Source: Neovahlkampfia damariscottae
Lineage: Eukaryota
Length of the DNA: 64,000 nt
Direction of reading: 5' to 3'
Assembly (NCBI GenBank): GCA_016618085.1
Contig: JABLTG010000010.1
Coordinates: 62,001 to 126,000, forward strand
The position numbers were made by a program, and so were the translations under genes. Below the pieces are notes generated by a model. That model did not search any database, was not told where the DNA came from, and saw only the letters and a program-made list of their open reading frames with translations. Shown here in pieces: positions 38,819-50,938 of this stretch (position 1 is its first letter; each line of letters begins with the position of its first letter).

Positions 38819-39601
38819 ATGGAATCAAGAAACGACATTCGCACTGTTGTTGTGTATTGCTCAGCTTCAGAAAAAGTTGATAAGAAATATTTTGACGCAG
38901 CAGTTACTTTAGGAGAGGTTTTATCAAAAGGTGTGTTCAAATAATTCTTTTAATTTTTTTAGCAAAAATAAATGTTGTTTATGGAGGTGGACAATTAGGT
39001 TTAATGGGAAGAATGGCAAAAGCAGCACATGAAGGTGGATCGGAAGTTACTGCTATTATTCCACCAATTTTTAATACAGATTCTGTTCACGTAGGAAATA
39101 TATAAAAAACAATAACTTTTTTTTCAGGTTACAAAGTGAGAAAAAAAATTAATTCTGAACGACTAAAAGAGAAGTAGTTGTGAATAGTATGCATGAAAGA
39201 AAAAAAATGATGGCTGATTTGAGTAAATAAAACAAAAAGAAAATAACTCCAAACTAGGTGACGGAATTGTAGCTTTACCAGGTGGTAAGAATAAATATAC
39301 TCATGAAACTTCAGGTATTGGTACTCTTGAAGAAGTCTTGGAGGCAATGACTTGGAGAAAATTGAATTTAAATTTACATAATAATGGAAAACAAAAACCT
39401 ATTGTTTTGATCAATATTGACGGATTTTATGATCCATTAATTGAAATGCTTGATAAATTAAACAAATTATATTTCTTAGAAGGAAAACAATATGTTGTTG
39501 TTGAAGATCCAAAAGAAATTGTGAAAGCTTTATATGATCATTATGATTTAGAATTAACAGACAATGAAAAGGAATGGAAAGATGCAGTTTTGAAAAAATA
39601 A
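38819..39601 (+). CDS. LOG-family nucleotide phosphoribohydrolase, 5 introns including an 8-nt microexon
   Basis: 'VVYGGGQLGLMG', 'MHERKKMM', 'ALPGGIGTLEE', 'KPIVLINIDGFYDPL'. Confidence 0.92.
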
Positions 39602-39676
39602 AATATTTGTTCAATAATTTTTTTGTGAAAGGAAAATATGAAGATTCAAAATGAGGTTGAAAAAATTGTCCAATCA

Positions 39677-40645
39677 ATGCATTCTCAAGTTCATTGCAGT
39701 GGTGAAGCAGTAATACTGAAAAAAAATTCCAAAATTGAACTTTTTTGTTTGGAATTTTTAAACATAAAAAAGGAACTAACAACAAAAAGGAACTTCAAAT
39801 TTGATTCTTGTTGTACGACGTGTTTTTCAAAACAGAAAGAAAAATTTTACTTGTTTGACCCACTTTCCGGTGCTGAATTTTGTTTCATGGATACAAAGAA
39901 TATAAATATATTAAAAAAACTCAAATTCGAAGAATCTTCAAAAGTTATGTCAATGATTGAGCATCAAAACGGAAAATTATTTTTTTCAACAAAGGAAAAA
40001 GAAGATGAATCGATTGATATATGGGTAATTGATGAAAATTTTGAAAAATATAACAAGTTTATTTATATAAATGACGTTATTGATTCGGAAAAAGAAATTA
40101 CAATTGATGAATTTTTGATATCGGAAAACTATATTATTTTTATTGAAAATTTGTCAAATTTGGAAACAAAATTGCATTTAGTAGATATAAACACAAAAAA
40201 ATATTTAAAAAATATCAAAATTTTAACAGAAAAATTGATAACCACCGAGAATTTGCATTTAACACCAGACGAGAAATATTTATTAACAAATTGTGGAAAT
40301 GAATTTTCAAAATTAATTGACATAAATGAAGAAAATATTTCAGATATTATATCAACAGAAGATGAAAAAATACTATTTTCAAACATTTCCAATTGTTATT
40401 TTGCTCATGAAACATTTAAAGATGATTTTTACTACATCAAAATTTTTAGTTTAAAAACACAGAAATTATCAAAATTATTAAAATTTAATGAATTTTGTGA
40501 GTTTCATTTTCTTGAAAATAAAAAGTTAATGTGCATTTTCGAAGATGGAAAAGAAAAGGTTATCGATTTGGCACCAAAATTGATTCTTGATTTTTTGATG
40601 AACAGAAATTATTCTTGTGATGTCAGATTTAGTTATGATAAATAA
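39677..40645 (+). CDS. Divergent beta-propeller-like hypothetical protein, intronless (alternative start 39638)
   Basis: Beta-rich repeats such as 'LHLTPDEKYLLT'; CCAAT immediately before the ATG at 39677. Confidence 0.55.
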   Translation: MHSQVHCSGEAVILKKNSKIELFCLEFLNIKKELTTKRNFKFDSCCTTCFSKQKEKFYLFDPLSGAEFCFMDTKNINILKKLKFEESSKVMSMIEHQNGKLFFSTKEKEDESIDIWVIDENFEKYNKFIYINDVIDSEKEITIDEFLISENYIIFIENLSNLETKLHLVDINTKKYLKNIKILTEKLITTENLHLTPDEKYLLTNCGNEFSKLIDINEENISDIISTEDEKILFSNISNCYFAHETFKDDFYYIKIFSLKTQKLSKLLKFNEFCEFHFLENKKLMCIFEDGKEKVIDLAPKLILDFLMNRNYSCDVRFSYDK

Positions 40646-40715
40646 CAATTTATTAATAAAGAAACTTTTCTGTTGATAAAAATTAACCAATTATTTTTCA
40701 TCAAACCCTAAGCAG

Positions 40716-42778
40716 ATGAATCAAGCTCCAAGAAGTAACTATCTCCGATTAAAAGAGCCATCATATTGTTTATCAGTTGATTCACAACAAAAAAAATTTG
40801 TAGTTACAACGTAATTCAACAAATTCAATTTAAATAAAAAAAAAGAGAAAATTTCCTTAAAATATACACCATGGAAAATTGGACTCATTGTACATCATTG
40901 AAACAAGAAAATACAAAAAATATAGTCGCCAAATGGTCACCTCACAATTTCAATAAAAATCACATTTTGTCCTCACAAGATAAATCAACCAATTTATGGA
41001 ATGTTCAACGTGAAGAGATTGAATCAACTTTTGAAGTAAAAATAAAAAAATGATAAAACTGATTAAAAGGGTCATAATCTTGAAATTAAAGACCTTAGTT
41101 GGAATCCATGTAATTTTAATGTCTTTGCGTCTGCTGGTGAAGATTATTTGATTAATATTTGGGATTTGAGACAAGAAAATCCAGGTAACTCATTAAATTC
41201 AGATGTATTTATTGATATTTTTTAGTGAAGTTTTCAATTGATACATTTTCTTATTTTTTATTAGATTATTTCCAGGTGGAAAAAGTTTCAAATGGAATCC
41301 TCTTGAAACTGTTTATTTTGCTAGTTCAACAGATGAAAATTTATTCATTTTTGATTTAAGAAAAGATGATTATATCTATTTATCACCACATGAAATCAAA
41401 AATTATGATTGGAATCCACAAATCAATTCAGAATTGGCTATTCTGTCTTTTGAAAATAAAATTGAAATTTTTGATTTTGATCAAACGAACAAAATTAAAA
41501 ATTCAATTCAACTTGAAAAGAATCATAATTTATTAAAGTATACACTCAATGGTGACTCTATTTTATTATCAAAAACGGAGATTGATGTCTTAGATTCATC
41601 CAATTTGAATCTTCTTCATTCATTCACCAATGAGGTTCAAGAATATGAAACTGTTATCAGTGATATCATATATTTGGAGTTTGTCAACAAAAATCAACTT
41701 TTGTCAATCACTAAAGATGGTGTTATCAATTCTTATACATTACAAATTCAAAATCAATATGACGATGAAGATGAAGATGATGAAGATGAAATTGTTCAAG
41801 AATTTACAACCCTTAAATCCGAAAAGGGATTTAATGTGATATTGGAGCCAAAAGATGATATCGTACCTGTTCCTCCGACTTCTGGGGGTATTATTGGTTT
41901 CAACGGTCAATTGATTTATTTTTCATCTTTTGGAGCGAAGAATATTTATGAAAATAACACACCAAGACTCTATAAAGAGTTACTTGAGGCATTGGCATCT
42001 TCAAGTCCTGCTATTGAAATTGAAGATTTTGAGTATTTTTCAAATTTTTTCTTAGGTGAACCGGAAATCGAAGAGGTGCATTTTTAGTTTATTATTGACA
42101 TTTTCCGGTAGAAAATAGATGATATTAGCTTTATTGAAACTAATCAAATCCAAACAAATTCCGTCATTTTCTCCTATGATATTAAGAAATTGTATGCCTG
42201 TTCACGTGAGATTGCAAAGAAATTAGCTCTAAATCCAAAAGAAAATATAACATTATATCAATCAGAGGGATATTTTAAATCATCTGAAAAATGGAAAATC
42301 ATTGATATCTTATTGAAAACTCCAAAAGAATCTTGGGAAAAAAATCCCTTTTTTTCAGATACTCTCACAAGCATGTAAAACAAGTTTTCATATCTAAAAA
42401 CGTTATAGTATCAATCACTCCATAAAAAAAAGAGATATTCAGACCCTTGCAGTGATCTCTTGTCTGTTCATTAATTTAGAAGAAAAGAGAAATGAACAAT
42501 TCAAAAAGTTCAGAAAGTCTTATTGTGATCTTTTAGATCGTTGGTCTTTGATTGAGAAAAAGAATGAAATCTTGAAGTTCTCATCCCCGGATAAAAAACA
42601 AGAAATGGATTTATGTCTCAATGTGCAAAAATGTTCAATTTGTAGATTATTGGTCCGAGGTTTATCCATTCAATGTTTCATTTGTGGTCATGGAGGCCAT
42701 ATAAATCATTTGCAACATTGGTTCAAAAAAAATCAACAATGTGCAAGTGGATGTGGTTGCATTTGTATTTTTGAATAA
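40716..42778 (+). CDS. WDR59: GATOR2/SEA subunit, WDR59 (Sea3)-like: WD40 repeats plus C-terminal RING, multi-intron
   Basis: WD repeats 'AKWSPH', 'GHNLEIKDLSWNP', 'IWDLR'; C-terminal 'CSICRLLVRGL...CGHGGH...CASGCGCIC'. Confidence 0.75.
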
Positions 42779-43629
42779 TCAAATAAAATGATTCACATTT
42801 TCTAAATTTCTTCTTCAGATTCTTCCATTTTTTTTGTACCAAAAATGATGTCACGCACTGAATATTGCACAAAATGTTTAAATTTGTTTATTGAAATGCT
42901 TTTTCATCTTCTGAGATGGTTGAAATATAAAACATCTTCTGATTTTGTCAATCGAATATCATCGATTTTCGCTTCTGTGGATCCTCTTCTGATTTTGACT
43001 TCAATGATATCTTATTTCTTTGAAGCTTCCTTTAATAAGGTGTCGTAATCACTTGATGGTTGTTTTATAATGAAAGGAAAGCAAAAAAGATATCTTGAAT
43101 CACAAGAAGAAAAAAGAAAAAATTATATTTTGAAGAGGAGATATTGAACTTGAAAGATGAAATTATTTCATAAAAAGAAGAATTAAAAGTAGAAAGAAAA
43201 TTAAAAGAAGAATAAGTTTAAAACCACATCATGACTTAGAACAAACAAAAGCAACTATTATTTCTGTTAGCGTTGACAGTAATTCATTATTATGTTTTCA
43301 TAATCTCTCACTAACCTCAAAAGAAAAAGATCCACAAATTACAGATGAAACAATAGGTGTGGAAACAAGATCTGGAGACACAATTACTGGTAACTTTACA
43401 AAGTTACGCCATTCCGTAATTAAAAAAAAAGATACAAACAAATTAAAAGAAAAAGGACTTAGAATGACCATAGAAGTTTCAAAAGCATCAAGTATATCAC
43501 GTAATAACACTGAAAATAATTAATTTTATTTTTTATATCAATTGAAGGATTTTTTATCCGACCAAATAAATTTGAAGAAAATAAGTCAAAAATAGACGCA
43601 AAACAAACAAGATTTTTGACCAATCAAAA

Positions 43630-45072
43630 ATGTTCCACCTTTTTTCTTGCGAAGGTGTGGTCACACTTTCCGGTGATTAATTTTATATTTTAACAACAAA
43701 CAGTGCAAAAAATCCACGAGTACATGAATTTTGACTTGTTATTTCAACACATTGCTGAGCAAAAAGTTTATGCTGATAAGAGTAAAAAAGAAAATGTTTT
43801 CAACTGTCTAAAGATGATTTTTCAAAATTAGAACGTGTTATAACGTTGGAATCAGAAATTCACAAAATTCAAGAAAAAGTGAATGTTCTTGAATTTCAGA
43901 AAGTTTTTGGTGAATCAAGTACAACAGCAAAAACTCTGTTTTTTGATGCGTTGAAAGGACATTCTTTTTATGAAGAATTATCCATTATTGGATTAAATGG
44001 TAATTGTTTTGTAAAATAAAACTATTATTCAGTTCTTCCTATGACAGTTTTTCTTTCAAATAAGAACTTGAAAACTTTATCATTGACAGGAAGATTTAAT
44101 TCGGATTTTTGGACAGAATTAATGAAATTATCAAAGAAAAAGAGTCTATTGATTTTGAAAATTGATATTATCAATAATCAATTGAACGAATTAATGGATT
44201 TCATTGGATCATGTGATTCTGTGAAAGAAATACAAATCGCAAATTTTGAATTAAATTTGAAACTGTCAAAATTTGAGAAAATATCTATTTCTGATTATCT
44301 TTTTAATGATGGCGAGTTTGCAAAGTTCATGAATGATTCATTGACAACAGAAACAAAGGTGTTGAATTTAGAGTCTTGTCACCTCAGAGACATCGAGTTT
44401 GATGGGATTATTTCTAAATTACTGCTAACTTCAAACCAAATTGAAGAAATACAGCTTCCTTGGAGTTGTGAGACCAACACCTATAAAGAAATTTCAGAAG
44501 CATTGAAAATCAACACATCATTGAAGAAACTTGCTTTAGATTTTTCAACATGTGAAGATGATCAAGTTCTAAAAGAATTTTTGAATTCGATAAAACATCA
44601 TGAATCATTGGAAACCCTCTCATTGTTCTCTTCAACAATCAATTTTGATTTGTTAACTGATTTCTTGAGTGGTGAATTAACAAAATTGAAATCAATTGAA
44701 TTTGGTGGAAATTCAGAATCATTCAAAACTATATTTAGAAATGAATCATTTAAAAAGTGGAATATTCAAAACATCAAAATGTATATGTTATTTTCAGCAG
44801 AGGACTTCAAATTGTGTCTAAAGCGATTATCCCCAAATATTACGATAATAGAAAACTATCTACCAGAGTTTGAAATCAAGGAATTTATGGAAATCATTGA
44901 AGGAAACTATTCAATTACAAAATTTCGATGCCATAAAAAAAAAATGTCAACAAGAGAAAAAGAAAAACTGAATTTTATTCTCTCAAGAAACCAGCTTCAA
45001 CAAGATTTGAAAAACCATTTTCCAAAGAGAAACAATGTTCAATTTTTTGACCTGAAGTTCAAACATCAATGA
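43630..45072 (+). CDS. RNI-like leucine-rich-repeat protein (5' exons approximate)
   Basis: 'ISEALKINTSLKKLAL', 'SLETLSLF', 'IIEGNYSITKF...ILSRN'. Confidence 0.7.
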
Positions 45073-45103
45073 ATGAATATTTTTATTTTTTTGTGAGTTT
45101 AAT

Positions 45104-45703
45104 CTACATAATTGAGCATATCTTTTTCTTTTTCGGTTTCTTTTTCAGTTCTTCTTTTTTTTGAAATTCAAAATCTTCAAATGATTCACCTTCCGATTGA
45201 TTTAAAAGTCTGACTGTTGACAAAAAAACTTCATCAACATTAATTCTCTCTTTTGCTGAAGATTCAAAAAATTGACATGTTCCAAATGATTTAGTTAGTG
45301 AATTTCCTTCTTCTACTGATACACTCCTTTCTTCAACTAAGTCACATTTTGAAGCGACAAGTACAACAGGAACATCATCCACATCTAAAGACCTCAAGAG
45401 TTGTGCATGAATCTCTTGAACTTCTTGAAAACTTGAAGGATCAGTTGTACTATAAACTAATATGAAAGCATCTCCAGTTCTCATATATGAGTCTCTCATG
45501 GCAGAATATTCTTCTTGACCAGCAGTATCCAGTATATCTAGAGTATAAATTTTTCCATCAACTTCAACTTGTTTTCTGTATGAATCTTCAATTGTTGGAT
45601 CATATCTTTCTTGAAAACTTTTTGTTATGAATTGTAAAGTCAGTGCACTTTTTCCAACACCACCACCTCCTAATACAACAACTTTGTATTTATCTGTGGA
45701 CAT
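45104..45703 (-). CDS. Ras/Rap-family small GTPase with a CAAX box
   Basis: GGGGVGKS, effector loop YDPTIEDSY, DTAGQEEY, SKCD, ESSAK, polybasic tail ending CSIM. Confidence 0.97.
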   Translation of the reverse strand: MSTDKYKVVVLGGGGVGKSALTLQFITKSFQERYDPTIEDSYRKQVEVDGKIYTLDILDTAGQEEYSAMRDSYMRTGDAFILVYSTTDPSSFQEVQEIHAQLLRSLDVDDVPVVLVASKCDLVEERSVSVEEGNSLTKSFGTCQFFESSAKERINVDEVFLSTVRLLNQSEGESFEDFEFQKKEELKKKPKKKKICSIM

Positions 45704-45850
45704 TTTATTTTTATTTCTAAATTTAACATTGTAGTTTTCAATTTATAGTCTCCAACGAACATCGAACAAGAACTCTATTTTTGGTCTGTCCAATCAAAAA
45801 CAATCAACAATAAAATGAAAATAAAATAATTTTTTCCAAAAAAATTCAAT

Positions 45851-48070
45851 TTATTCCAATTTTTCATTCAAAAATTTAAATAAAGAAATTTGACAAGACG
45901 ATGATGTATTTTCATGTCTTGTATGTCCAGCTGAAACCTCAAGACATCCAGCACCTTCACGAAAATTATATTTGGTATCCAGTGGTTTATTACTTTTGAT
46001 CCAATTTCTTGCTGAATTTTTTAAAAATTCTTTCACATCAGTTGATAATTCTTGATGAGCAAAATGAACAGAATCTGTGAATCCTATAGCTTTTAATCTC
46101 TTCAATAACATATCATGTCTATTAGACAAAAGAGAAATAGCTGCAGACCCACCAGCAGAATGAGCAACGATACAAATATTCTTTGCTTTTGATTTTGAAA
46201 TGAATTCATCATAACAATAAATCACATGTTCTGCAGATGAAGATGAATGCTCAATCGGTTCCATTTCAACTTTTAAGAGTTCAACTTCTGATTTCAAAAA
46301 TGTGTCTCTTTTTGTCAAATCAATTTTATTTTTTGGTGTCAATACTAAATTTGGGTTTAACACCATCACAGCATAACCTTCTGATATTGCTTGTTCAATA
46401 TAATCTAAACAAGCACCTGTGTGTAACGAATCATTGATACATAATGATCTTGCCCATTGTCCAGGCCTAACAGCACCTGATCCTTGAATGATCACAAGCA
46501 ATTTATTTTCATTTGTCAAAGCATCTTTTGATAAAAATATGTTGTTTGTTTTTTTTGTATCAACAAAATACTCTTCTAATTTATATTTTTCTTTCATTTG
46601 ATCTTGAATATAATTAGTGATAGCATCACCAAGAGCATTATAATGTGATTGATTGATGAAATAAAATGGATCACCTGTATCAATATTTCTCAATTTTTGT
46701 TCTTCATTATACTCATAATTAAAGTCAGAAAGATCATATTTTTCTTTCAATTCTTTAGGTACAGTTTTAATTAATACTTCATGTTTCTTCAATGATTCTT
46801 TTGATGCATATTTCAAAAATAAATCATGTGAACATAATTTTTTACATTTCATCATTTTATTTCTATTGTAAGGACAATTTAATAAAATGAATGATTCATT
46901 CTTTTCTAAAAATTTTTCATCTATAAATTTTGATAAACAATTTGAACAGAAATAATGACGACAACCAAAATGAACAAAATCTCCTTCTTTCAAATCTTTT
47001 TGTTTTATTGAACAAATTTGACATATTGGTTCTCTTCTTTCAATACACCATGAAAGACTTGTTTCAATTGCTTCCTAAAAAAAATGATGAATTTTTTTCA
47101 GTGATTTTTTTTACTTGAGCTGAGTAGTCAGAAAGAATGGAATGATATCCATCTTTTATAACTAATAATGTTTTATCTTTTGAAATGGATTTATCATAGA
47201 GATTTTGTGAACCTTCTAATCTAACAATAAAATCATGAGTTCCATGTACAATCAACATTGGAGTATCAATTTTATCCAAATTCTCCATTAAATGATTACT
47301 CATTAAAACCATTTCTCTACCTGTTGATGCTGGTAATCCTCCTTTAAACGTATTTGGATGTTTTAATTTTCTTTGTTGTTCTGCAACAATTCTGGTATTT
47401 TTAGTGACATCTTCATAACTGAAAAGTTTTTAAAAGATAAAATTTATGATTTTACCTCACTGGAAATGATTGTATGACATTTGATAAAAAATATAGTGCA
47501 TTGAAAACAAAAGAACTTGGTTTTTCTGTTACATCAATAGCAGCAGCCATTAAAAGAATTCCAGTGATTTCAGGATGAAAAAAAGGTTTGTTTAACATCA
47601 TTTCTAAGATAATTGCGCCACCCATTGATTCACCAATTAAATAAACAGGTAAACCTTCTAGACTTGGATTTTCTTTCATAACTCCATTAATGAATGACCA
47701 TGACGTTTGATGGAACTCATTAAAATCTGCAATACATAAATCTTTACCACCAAAAGTTTTTCCATGACCTTTTTTTGTTTAGTTTTTACTTTTTCTTACC
47801 AATTTGATCAAATGCAAAAACTTCAAAATTTGCTTTTTTAAAAACATTTGCGACTGGAGCTTTTAAATCTGAACAATTTGTAAGTCCATGTAAAATGAAA
47901 AGAATTGCTTTTGGGTCCTTTTGTTGGTACTGAAAATAATGAACTGGAAATCCTTGAAAGTTTCTGTCTGTTCTGCAATTTATCGTAGATTCTATTAATT
48001 TTACATCTTCATTTTCTTCGACTTTCCAACCATGTAAGTCATTCAAAAATTTTGCTTGTTCTTCTGTCAT
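45851..48070 (-). CDS. Fusion of a monoglyceride-lipase-like alpha/beta hydrolase, a RING finger and a FAM172A/Arb2 domain, 3 introns
   Basis: 'ILHGL', 'FDQIGHG', 'GESMGG', 'HGTHD', 'GYHSIL'; then 'CQIC...CRHYFCSNC...CP'; then 'IQGSGAVRPGQWARSLCIN', 'VAHSAGG', 'SAGHTRHE'. Confidence 0.8.
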
Positions 48071-48309
48071 GGTTTTTTTCAACTTGAAGAAAAATTGTTG
48101 GTGGAAATTTATTATCAAATGAAAAACGTTTTATGTGAATCATGAACACTTCATGGTATTGCAGAGTTTGTTCTTTTGCTGAGACAAAACCATGAACATT
48201 ATGAATAGAAGAAAGACTCACACCAGATGAAAACTAAAAGATGTTAAATATTCTTTAACATTTCAGATACAAAATAATCACAAAGAATTTTCAAAATATT
48301 TACAATTTA

Positions 48310-49386
48310 TTAAATGAAAAGGACAAAAAATGCACTAAAAAGAAGAAAGAAACAAGTTGATGAAACACGATGCCCAATGGAAGGTGTTGTCATCTCAGAA
48401 TCTTTTGGTGTGTTAATTGATGGAGGATCTTTTACCGGTGGACCATTTTGGGACGTAGAACTTTCTTTTGGGGTTTGAGATACCTTTCCACTTGGGTTGG
48501 TCTTTTTTGGATTTGAAATTTTCGGTGTGACACTTCCAGTTGATTTAGATGGTTCTATTTTTTCCAAAGAAACTGATGGTTTTGGATATTCACTGTTCAA
48601 CGGTTTCTTATTTGGTTTTCCTGTGATTGAATTTATTGGAACCGGACTTTGGCTCAAAATTGGATTTTCAATTGTATACTTGGAAATTTTTGGACTTGGG
48701 TTTGAATTACCTTCAGATGTACTAACTTTTGGATTCACTGAATTTGTTGGGTAAGGTGCATCTGTCTCTCCATTTGATATTGAATGTTTTGGTATTGGAA
48801 TACTTGGTGATACATACGGTCCATTGGGTGCTTTTGAATCCTTTGGCTTTGGTTTTGTGGACTTCAAGGGGTAATGATATTGCTGAGATTGAATTGGTGT
48901 TGGACTTGGAGATTCATACGGTTCATTGGGTATATTCGACTCTATTGGATGATTATAAGTTGATTTAATAGGATCTATCGGCACTATTGACTGCTTTGGA
49001 TACGGACCATGTGATTCTTTTGGTGTTGGAGATTTCTTTGGCTTTTTTGGTTTGTGAACACAATAAGGATTGTAGTACATATTATTGAACATTTTTTGTT
49101 GACATGGATTTGGACCATCTTTTATCAGCTCTTTATGAATAGATCTGAGATTTTCACAAACATGAACATATTCTGCAACACCATATTGAAATCTTTTTTT
49201 TTTTGCAATAAGATGAACCAAATTCTTTTTCTTTTTAGCAATCCATTTTCTTTCTTGATTTATTTTTGAAATGATTAAAGCTTTTTGTTGCTTTAAATGC
49301 TTCAAATATTGTATTGAAGCAACAGAAGACGAGCATAAGCAAGTAAGGATGCTGAAAAGCAATAACCAGACAATGATCGATTTCAT
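48310..49386 (-). CDS. Secreted or GPI-type Pro/Ser/Thr-rich surface protein
   Basis: Signal peptide, a PYxSPS-type repeated mucin-like region and a hydrophobic C-terminus. Confidence 0.7.
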   Translation of the reverse strand: MKSIIVWLLLFSILTCLCSSSVASIQYLKHLKQQKALIISKINQERKWIAKKKKNLVHLIAKKKRFQYGVAEYVHVCENLRSIHKELIKDGPNPCQQKMFNNMYYNPYCVHKPKKPKKSPTPKESHGPYPKQSIVPIDPIKSTYNHPIESNIPNEPYESPSPTPIQSQQYHYPLKSTKPKPKDSKAPNGPYVSPSIPIPKHSISNGETDAPYPTNSVNPKVSTSEGNSNPSPKISKYTIENPILSQSPVPINSITGKPNKKPLNSEYPKPSVSLEKIEPSKSTGSVTPKISNPKKTNPSGKVSQTPKESSTSQNGPPVKDPPSINTPKDSEMTTPSIGHRVSSTCFFLLFSAFFVLFI

Positions 49387-49550
49387 ATTTTTACTTTCAA
49401 ATAAAAAATGGATGATTTTTTGTGGTTATTATAGAATTCAAAGGGAAAAAACAACCAAATAAAGACATTCATCCCACAGATTTCTAATTGGATAAAACCA
49501 ATACCGATTTTGATTGGATAGTGTAAAAAAAGTTGACCGTTACAAAAAAC

Positions 49551-50894
49551 ATGGGTAATAAACCAACTGTAGAAACTCAGGTAAATAGTGAAAAAAATAA
49601 ACCTCTTAACAACAAAAGATTACACTTGAAGACAATGAAAGTTCAAAAATATTATTCCTAGGTAATCAAAAAAAAAAAAAATTGAAAATCATCTTCAAAA
49701 GGTTTACCTGGCAGTGGAAGTGAGACTATTATAAAAGAATTTCAAAAAGTTTTTCCACTAAAAAAAAATGAAGAATATCGTTCGGTTCTTGAATATCGAG
49801 CATTTCAGTCGATACGTCATTTGTTTAAAGGCTGTGAAACACAACAAATTAGTTTAAAAAAAGATGAAGAAAAGTTATCAAAAAAATTGAAAGAAATAGA
49901 TTTTTTATTTGGAATTACAAAGTTTATACCTGAAATTTCTCAAAAACTCGCAGAAATTTGGAAACAAAAACAAATCAAAGAAGTTTATGAAGGAAGAAAA
50001 GGACTTAGATTGAAAAATTTGACAGAACTTGAATATGTAAATTATTTTTTAGATAATATAGAAAGAATATATCATCCTGATTATATTCCATCTGATGAAG
50101 GTTTTTTTTTTATTTTTAACATTAAAGATGTTGAATTTGCCAAAAAAAATTTTCCAGAAGACATTGAAGGATTTGAGGAAAGTAAATTTGAATATGATAA
50201 AAAAACGTGTCGAGTCTTTTCTGTAGAAGGTCAAAAAAATGAAAAAAGAAATTGGATTAACTGTATCAAATTTTAAAAAAATTAACAATCTTGTTAAGGT
50301 CTTAATGGAGTTGATATTGTTGTTTATGTCTGTCCAATTGGTGATTTTGACAAAGGTCCAATGGAAGGATTTGAAAATAACATTGTATTTGAAAGCTTAG
50401 CCTTCTTTGAAAAGATGTCAAACTCACAATTTTTTAAAGAAACACCAATTATTTTAATATTCACAAAATTTGATGAATTTGATACAAAATTAAGAGATAC
50501 TGATTTAATTTGTTGTTTCAGTGATTATTCAGGTGGTTGTGTTTCAGAATCTGCAATCTCATTTTTAACTGAAAAATTCTTTAAAGCTAGAAAATCAGAG
50601 AAAACAGATGACATTTATATACACTTTGTACAAGCGGATACAAAATTTGATGAAATTATTACCAATATTGGAGGAACATTAAAGAATATTGAATGGGTAA
50701 AGAAAGAAGAAATTTTAGAAGCTGAAAGAAAAAGAAAGAAAGAAGAGGAATTAAGAAGACAAAGTTCAAAAACAGGTTCGTTGAAACCTGCAACTCCAAC
50801 TACAGGAGAAAGTCCAAAAGAAGTGGAAGAAAGTCAATCAATTGAAGATATGATACATGGTGATAATGATGGTCATTCAGGTGTTGAAATGTAA
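49551..50894 (+). CDS. Divergent heterotrimeric G-protein alpha subunit with degenerate G motifs, about 4 introns
   Basis: MG start; 'YFLDNIERIYHPDYIPSDEDV', 'SVEGQKNEKRNW', 'ESLAFFEKMSNSQFFKETPIILIFTKFDEF'. Confidence 0.85.
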
Positions 50895-50938
50895 AGTTTT
50901 TTTATTTATAAAAAAAAAACGTATTTTTTTTTTTTTCG

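Noticed and set aside
40704..40712. Telomere-like AAACCCTAA (and TAGGGTTT at 6403)
   Set aside because: Single copies, one inside coding sequence; no array
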